Shown: positions 58,647-64,000 of the stretch, piece by piece | How the letters are laid out: each line of letters opens with the position of its first letter | Numbering within the stretch: the first letter of the stretch is position 1 | NCBI RefSeq assembly: GCF_030532915.1 | Contig: NZ_JAUNKD010000014.1 | Location: 1,539 to 65,538 of the forward strand | From: Capnocytophaga sp. | GTDB taxonomy: Bacteria > Bacteroidota > Bacteroidia > Flavobacteriales > Flavobacteriaceae | Direction of reading: 5' to 3' | DNA: 64,000 bases | The notes under the pieces: model-generated | Seen by the model: the letters and a program-made list of their open reading frames with translations, nothing else | What the model was told of the DNA's origin: nothing | Databases searched by the model: none | Translations under genes and position numbers: made by a program

Positions 58647-58692
58647 TTTGATTAAACATTGTTATGATAACTGACGGAAAATCTTCCGTCAG

Positions 58693-59880
58693 TTATTTTT
58701 TTATAAGCATACTAAGCAGCAAAGCAACAACCGAAACGCCGAGCCCCAAGGCAAAAACGTAAGCGCCGGCTTCATTGCCAAAAGTATCTTTTAAAAATGC
58801 GGTGGTCAGCGTGCCGAGCAAACCGCCTACGCCCCAGCCAGTGAGCATTTTTCCGTACATTTCCGACATTTTTGCGCTTCCAAATTCATCTTTTACAAGT
58901 GATGGTAATATACCGAATCCACCGCCGTAACACAAAAGAACCACGCAAACCAATGCCGAAAATGCAATTGTATTTTTGGTGAAAATCAGCAGTAAAAAAC
59001 AAAGGATTTCAAGAGCGATAAGCATTCTGAAAGCTTTCATTCGCCCTACCTTGTCTGAGAGTCCCGCCCATAAAAAGCGTCCGATGCCGTTAAAAAAAGC
59101 GCTTGCAGCGATGAGTGTTGCGCCCGCTTGTGTCAAGATTTCTGCCGTGAAAGTCCCTTCTTTTTGCATTAATTCTTGAAGCAGCGGCGATTGGAACGAC
59201 AAAAAAATCATTCCTACAAGAATATTCAATGTGAAAACAAGCCAAATCAGCATTGTTTTGGAAGTTGAAACCGACACAATTTCCGATGATTTTTCGGCGC
59301 TAATCATTTGCTTCGGAAACTTCAAGAAAAAGCCTAAAAACGGAATTACCAGTCCAAAAACATAACCCGAATAGCGAAAACTCAGCGCCACATCGTTGTT
59401 TGTCAGTTCTAAAAAAAGAGGCGCTAAAATTTTTGACATCATAAAAGCACCCAGCCCGAAGCCCATTACCACCATTCCGGTGGCAACCCCTTGATTTTTA
59501 GTGAACCATCGGCTAACAACGGCAACAGGTGTTACGTAAGCAAGCCCCAACCCGCAACCACTCACTAAACCAAAACTTGCGTAAAACAACACTAAATTAT
59601 TGTTATCCAGTGCATACGATGAAAGTACGTATCCCAACCCGAAAAGTAATCCTCCGGTGATGGTGAGTTTTTGTGCTCCGTAAGTTTCTAATTTTCGTCC
59701 TGCCCACGAGGCGGTAATTCCCAGTGCAAGAATGGTTAAGCTAAAAGCCATCGTGGTTTGAGTGTTGTTCCAGCCGGTGCGTTCCATTATTGGAACCTGA
59801 AAAAAGCTCCACGCATAAACCGTACCTAAAAACAAGTGAATAATCGTACCTATAAAAGCTGTTTTCCAAGAATTTGACAT
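58693..59880 (-). CDS. MFS transporter, oxalate/formate antiporter (OFA) family
   Basis: 12 TM; N-terminus …GTVYAWSFF… characteristic of OFA-family MFS; likely start ATG 59880 (MSNSWKT). Confidence 0.7.
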   Translation of the reverse strand: MSNSWKTAFIGTIIHLFLGTVYAWSFFQVPIMERTGWNNTQTTMAFSLTILALGITASWAGRKLETYGAQKLTITGGLLFGLGYVLSSYALDNNNLVLFYASFGLVSGCGLGLAYVTPVAVVSRWFTKNQGVATGMVVMGFGLGAFMMSKILAPLFLELTNNDVALSFRYSGYVFGLVIPFLGFFLKFPKQMISAEKSSEIVSVSTSKTMLIWLVFTLNILVGMIFLSFQSPLLQELMQKEGTFTAEILTQAGATLIAASAFFNGIGRFLWAGLSDKVGRMKAFRMLIALEILCFLLLIFTKNTIAFSALVCVVLLCYGGGFGILPSLVKDEFGSAKMSEMYGKMLTGWGVGGLLGTLTTAFLKDTFGNEAGAYVFALGLGVSVVALLLSMLIKK

Positions 59881-60128
59881 CGTTTTTATATTTTTCACAA
59901 AAATATGAAAAAAAGCACGTTGTTTTATGCTTTTTCGGTTATTTTTTTGATTTGTTTAACAAAAAGATTGCTTGTAGCTTTATTTTCAAACTAATCAATT
60001 GATTATTATTTGATTACAATGTAATTTCTCTTTTTGTTTTAGGCTGATGGAGCAAAATTATTTTTTCTATCGTATCTTTGCCGATGGTACGTATAAATAA
60101 TTCACTAAAAATTAAACAGAACAAAACT

Positions 60129-60605
60129 ATGGAGCGAATAGCCAGCTTTTGCATTGACCATTTAAAATTACAACGCGGAATTTACGTTTCCCGTAAGGAT
60201 TATGTTGGAAATGAGGTATTAACCTCGTTTGACATTCGTATGAAATTGCCCTATCGCGAGCCTGTTTTAGGAGCTGCCGAAATTCATACTATTGAACATT
60301 TGGCTGCCACTTGGTTGCGTAATAGTGATTGGAAAGATAAAATAATCTACTGGGGACCAATGGGTTGCCAAACCGGAAATTATCTTATCCTTGCCGGTGA
60401 TTACACCGCTGCCGATATTGTACTCCTCATCACTAAGTTATTTGAATATATGGCTGATTTTGAAGGCGAAATACCGGGAGCATCGGCTATGGAGTGTGGT
60501 AATTTTTATAATAATAACCTTCCGATGGCAAAATACGAAGCTAAAAAGTATCTGGAAGAAGTGCTTTACAACTTAACAGAAGAAAATTTGGTTTACCCAA
60601 AGTAG
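60129..60605 (+). CDS. luxS: S-ribosylhomocysteine lyase
   Basis: Metal-binding HTIEH motif and overall LuxS pattern; likely start MERIASF at 60129. Confidence 0.8.
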   Translation: MERIASFCIDHLKLQRGIYVSRKDYVGNEVLTSFDIRMKLPYREPVLGAAEIHTIEHLAATWLRNSDWKDKIIYWGPMGCQTGNYLILAGDYTAADIVLLITKLFEYMADFEGEIPGASAMECGNFYNNNLPMAKYEAKKYLEEVLYNLTEENLVYPK

Positions 60606-60629
60606 TAGCTCTACAAATTTAATTGATTG

Positions 60630-60666
60630 AATCCGTTTGTTTTAGTAATGAACGGATTTTTTTGTT
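60630..60666 (+). terminator. rho-independent terminator after luxS
   Basis: AATCCGTT-tgttttagtaatg-AACGGATT followed by T6. Confidence 0.7.
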
Positions 60667-60779
60667 AGCAACAAATTGAGAAAAAAATAAAACCCCAAAT
60701 TATCAACGTAATTTGGAGTTTTTAAGAAAACCTATAACATATGCCCAAAAAAATCCTGACCTTGCATCAGAATCTTTTG

Positions 60780-60850
60780 TTGGCTCACAAGGACTCGAAC
60801 CTTGAATAACAGAACCAAAATCTGCTGTGTTACCATTACACCATGAGCCA
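60780..60850 (-). tRNA. tRNA-Gln (anticodon UUG)
   Basis: Reverse complement folds as cloverleaf: acceptor TGGCTCA/TGAGCCA, D-stem GTGT/ACAC, anticodon stem GCAGA/TCTGT with loop TTTTGGT (anticodon TTG), T-arm CAAGG-TTCGAGT-CCTTG; CCA not encoded. Confidence 0.85.
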
Positions 60851-61050
60851 TTGGTTATTTTTGCGGTGCAAAGATACGCCTTTTTTTAAAATCTGCAAAT
60901 AAATTCGCTAAAAAAATGACGAAAATGTTTTCATTATTTTGTAACTGACATTTATTCAGTAAGTTATTTTTTTATGTTTGAATAAAAAATTATACGGATT
61001 CTACTGAAAAAAATAAAAGTGTAAGCTGAAAAACCTACACTTTTTGTTTT

Positions 61051-61872
61051 TTATACCGAAACGTTATATTCTCGCAACGCATCATTTAATGATGTTTTTT
61101 TATCGGTTGATTCTTTGCGTTTACCGATAATTAACGCACAAGGTACTTGATAATCGCCGGCAGGGAATTTTTTGGTGTAGCTTCCCGGAATAACCACCGA
61201 ACGTTCAGGCACATATCCTTTGAGTTCCACGGGTTTTTCACCCGTAACATCAATGATTTTTGTCGAGGCGGTAAGCACCACGTTTGCCCCCAAAACGGCT
61301 TCTTTCCCTATGCGAACTCCTTCCACGACGATGCAACGCGAACCGATAAAAGCCCCGTCTTCCACAATCACGGGCGAAGCCTGCAAAGGTTCCAAAACAC
61401 CGCCAATGCCCACACCGCCGCTCAAATGCACGTCTTTCCCGATTTGAGCACAACTGCCCACCGTAGCCCACGTATCCACCATCGTGCCTTCATCAACATA
61501 CGCACCGATGTTTACGTAACTCGGCATTAAAATAACGCCTTTTGAGATGTAAGCCCCGTGGCGTGCCACCGCATTGGGTACAACACGAATTCCTTTGGAT
61601 TGATAATCACGTTTCAACGGAATTTTATCGTGATATTCAAAAATTCCGGCTTCGAGTGTTTCCATTTTCTGAATCGGGAAATAAAGCACTACGGCTTTTT
61701 TCACCCACTCATTCACTTGCCAGCCCGAGTCGGTCGGCTCGGCAACCCGAAGTGAGCCACTATCCAGTAAATCAACTACTTGCCGAATGGTTTTTTGTGT
61801 ATCTTCTTGTTGTAAAAGGTCCCGATTTTCCCAAGCGGCTTCTATTTTTTTGCGTAATTCTGTCATATTCAA
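61051..61872 (-). CDS. dapD: 2,3,4,5-tetrahydropyridine-2,6-dicarboxylate N-acyltransferase (DapD family)
   Basis: 273 aa; N-terminal helical domain then left-handed beta-helix hexapeptide repeats (GAYVDEGTMVDTWATVGSCAQIGKDVHLSGGVGIGGV). Confidence 0.8.
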   Translation of the reverse strand: MNMTELRKKIEAAWENRDLLQQEDTQKTIRQVVDLLDSGSLRVAEPTDSGWQVNEWVKKAVVLYFPIQKMETLEAGIFEYHDKIPLKRDYQSKGIRVVPNAVARHGAYISKGVILMPSYVNIGAYVDEGTMVDTWATVGSCAQIGKDVHLSGGVGIGGVLEPLQASPVIVEDGAFIGSRCIVVEGVRIGKEAVLGANVVLTASTKIIDVTGEKPVELKGYVPERSVVIPGSYTKKFPAGDYQVPCALIIGKRKESTDKKTSLNDALREYNVSV

Positions 61873-61901
61873 TAAATAACAAACGATTAATAATTCTTAA
61901 A

Positions 61902-62426
61902 TTAATATTTTAAAATGCTGAAAATGTTGTGATTTCCTAATTTTTGAGTTCCGTTTAAAAACGTTAGTTCAATCAGAAAATTAAGCTGAATGATGTTTCC
62001 GCCGAGTTTTTCAACCAATTTTACAGCGGCTTCGGCAGTTCCTCCGGTGGCTAAAACGTCATCGTGAATCAGCACATTTTCACCTTTTTTGATGGCATCG
62101 GAATGGACTTCGAGCCGGTCTTGCCCGTACTCCAAATCGTATGTTTGTGCAAGCGTTTCAAACGGCAGTTTTCCGGGTTTACGAACTGGTACAAAGCCTG
62201 CATTCAATTTCTGGGCAAGCAAAGTTCCGAAGAAAAAACCACGACTTTCCATCCCCACCACTTTATCGATTTTGACGCCATTGAGTTGTGTTAAAAACAA
62301 ATCCGTGGTGATTTTCATTGCGTGCGGGTCGGAAAGAATGGGCGTAATGTCTTTAAAAATAACACCTTCTTTTGGGAAGTTGTGTATGTCTCTGATTTTG
62401 TTTTTTAAATAGGTTATTTCTTCCAT
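61902..62426 (-). CDS. apt: adenine phosphoribosyltransferase
   Basis: PRPP-binding motif VLIHDDVLATGGT; likely start MEEITYLKNKI (ATG 62426). Confidence 0.9.
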   Translation of the reverse strand: MEEITYLKNKIRDIHNFPKEGVIFKDITPILSDPHAMKITTDLFLTQLNGVKIDKVVGMESRGFFFGTLLAQKLNAGFVPVRKPGKLPFETLAQTYDLEYGQDRLEVHSDAIKKGENVLIHDDVLATGGTAEAAVKLVEKLGGNIIQLNFLIELTFLNGTQKLGNHNIFSILKY

Positions 62427-62509
62427 TAATATATTTATTTTCAAATAATTACCTTTGTCAAAATACTAGCATTCTGACAAAGGCAATTCGTTTTTAAAGT
62501 TTAATTTTT

Positions 62510-62929
62510 CTAAAAAACTTCTCTTCCTGCAAAGTGGAAATTGCTTTCAATTTCAGCGTTTTCGTCGCTGTCCGAACCGTGAACGGCATTTTCTTGGATT
62601 GACGTTGCGTATTTTTTCCGGATGGTGCCTTCGGCGGCTTCTGCCGGATTGGTAGCCCCGATAAGTTTTCTGAAATCGGCTACTGCATTTTCTTTTTCAA
62701 GAATGGCTGCCACGATAGGTCCGCGAGTCATAAACGTCACCAAATCATTGAAAAACGGACGTTCCTTGTGGATTTCGTAAAATTTTTCAGCATCACGGCG
62801 TGAAAGTTGCGTGAGTTTCATTGCTTTGATTTTAAATCCGGCTTGGGTAATTTGGTTTAAAATCCCGCCTATGTGTCCGTTTTCAACAGCATCGGGCTTA
62901 ATCATTGTGAGTGTTCTGTTTGTTGCCAT
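62510..62929 (-). CDS. ndk: nucleoside-diphosphate kinase
   Basis: 139 aa; MIKPDAV…, NxxHGSD active-site His region (NAVHGSDS). Confidence 0.92.
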   Translation of the reverse strand: MATNRTLTMIKPDAVENGHIGGILNQITQAGFKIKAMKLTQLSRRDAEKFYEIHKERPFFNDLVTFMTRGPIVAAILEKENAVADFRKLIGATNPAEAAEGTIRKKYATSIQENAVHGSDSDENAEIESNFHFAGREVF

Positions 62930-63061
62930 AAAATATTTATTTTTTTTGTAAAAAACTAAAAACCAACATCTTGGTGTGAATTTCCAACAAGATTATGATT
63001 TTGATTGTACAAATATAAACATTTTTTTTCAGAAAAAACTTGTTCGCTTAATAAAAGTGCG

Positions 63062-63069
63062 TATATTTG
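63062..63069 (+). promoter_or_regulatory. candidate Bacteroidota -7 promoter element TAtaTTTG for the SRP-RNA-like gene
   Basis: TAnnTTTG match positioned ~5-12 nt upstream of the first base of the predicted RNA helix. Confidence 0.4.
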
Positions 63070-63073
63070 CACC

Positions 63074-63170
63074 GGCAAGTCCTACACGACCAGCTCCTAC
63101 AAAATCCTCCAGGGTGGGAACACAGCAAAGGTATGTGGTTGTAGCGGTGCGATGTAGGTAGCTTGCCATT
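63074..63170 (+). ncRNA. ffs: signal recognition particle RNA (small/4.5S type) candidate
   Basis: Terminal helix GGCAAGTCCTACA / TGTAGGTAGCTTGCC; apical GTG-GGAA-CAC GNRA hairpin flanked by CCAGG and AGCAA, mirroring the E. coli 4.5S domain-IV UCAGG…GGAA…AGCAG symmetric-loop motif; followed by ATTTTTTATT T-run. Confidence 0.65.
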
Positions 63171-63180
63171 TTTTATTGGC

Positions 63181-63921
63181 TTAAAGTCCTCTTTCTTTGA
63201 GGATTTGCTCGTAGGCTTGTTGCACTTGTTTGAATTTTTCTTCGGCACCTTTTTTAATAGCATCATCTTGTGTAATCACTCGGTCAGGGTGATATTTTTT
63301 TGCCATTTCGCGATAGGCTTTTTTCACTTCGGCGTCGGTGGCATTTCGATTGATTTCCAGAATGGTATAAGCATCACGGATACTTTCGGTTTGATTGCGA
63401 ATAAACATCGCTTTGATACTTTCAAAATCACTTTGTGTAACGGCAAAATAGCCTGCAATTTCCTGAATTTTACGCACTTCATCATCACTCACAACGCCGT
63501 CGGCTTGGGCAATTCCGAATAGGAAATGCAAAATTTGCAAGCGAGTAGCGTAAGGCGTTCTGGCTCTGAGGTATATACTGACTCTGGAAACGGAAATTTC
63601 GTGACCTTTGACAAGCTCATTAAACGTTCGGAAAACGGCATTGGCACGCTCTTTTCCGTACATTTCCACGAAACGCATACGTACAAAATCCAATTCGGAT
63701 TGACTTACGCGTCCGTTTGCTTTTATCACTAATGTACAAAGTGACAGTAAATTAACCTCAAAATCGGCGGGACTTACGCTTTGCCTTTGAAATGATTCCC
63801 GAAAAGTAGAACCCGTTTGTTGAAAGGTTTTTCCTTTGAAAAGAAGCCCCACTAAAAAGCCGATAACAGCCCCCGGAAGCCTAAAAAATAAATAGCCTAT
63901 TATTGCTAAAATCCACTGCAT
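63181..63921 (-). CDS. DjlA-like co-chaperone: N-terminal TM, TerB-like domain, C-terminal J domain
   Basis: 246 aa; C-terminal J-domain …[31 protein letters not shown]… (HPD motif). Confidence 0.75.
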   Translation of the reverse strand: MQWILAIIGYLFFRLPGAVIGFLVGLLFKGKTFQQTGSTFRESFQRQSVSPADFEVNLLSLCTLVIKANGRVSQSELDFVRMRFVEMYGKERANAVFRTFNELVKGHEISVSRVSIYLRARTPYATRLQILHFLFGIAQADGVVSDDEVRKIQEIAGYFAVTQSDFESIKAMFIRNQTESIRDAYTILEINRNATDAEVKKAYREMAKKYHPDRVITQDDAIKKGAEEKFKQVQQAYEQILKERGL

Positions 63922-64000
63922 TTTGTTATTTTTTTTGCAAATGTACGTTATAAATCCTTCTTAACAGCAACTGTAAAAGAAAAGTTTTACGATTTGGTTT

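Noticed and set aside
59899-60128. Possible riboswitch (e.g. SAM-type) upstream of luxS
   Set aside because: The 5' region is AT-rich with no GC-rich conserved helices or recognisable riboswitch cores. Only a generic promoter-like region.
60780-61050. tRNA-Gln as anchor of an integrated mobile element
   Set aside because: No integrase, recombinase, transposase or repeated tRNA 3' fragment on either side; flanking genes (luxS, dapD, apt, ndk) are core housekeeping.

Overview
This 64 kb window looks like chromosomal DNA from a Bacteroidota (Flavobacteriia) genome. Gene content and synteny suggest a Capnocytophaga-like organism; that is my inference, with no database search run. Most of it is densely packed housekeeping and conserved genes. 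On the minus strand: lysS (5' part), uvrC, thiL, fhs, a nitronate monooxygenase-like gene, hemD-like, pyrC, ung, dapD, apt, ndk and a UvrD/PD-(D/E)XK helicase-nuclease. On the plus strand: rluD, a Fe/Mn superoxide dismutase, bioD, ppiD-like, porV, nhaA and luxS. There is also one tRNA-Gln(UUG) and a small SRP-RNA-like structured RNA that the ORF track did not flag. These are interleaved with outer-membrane glycan-foraging loci. An orphan SusC/SusD pair sits at 16.5-21.2 kb. A five-gene SusC/SusD/GH18/lipoprotein/lipoprotein locus at 38.4-47.3 kb has the gene order of the Capnocytophaga canimorsus gpdCDGEF N-glycan deglycosylation system. A GH20 beta-hexosaminidase lies at 3.6-5.5 kb. I found no CRISPR array, transposase, integrase or obvious toxin-antitoxin or restriction-modification module. 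The observations that current feature types do not explain are listed in the findings and rejected notes below. None of them is a clear new multi-gene system. The 21-bp GCCCGAA repeat array at 6.38-6.51 kb (first finding below) is the most distinctive unexplained signal.
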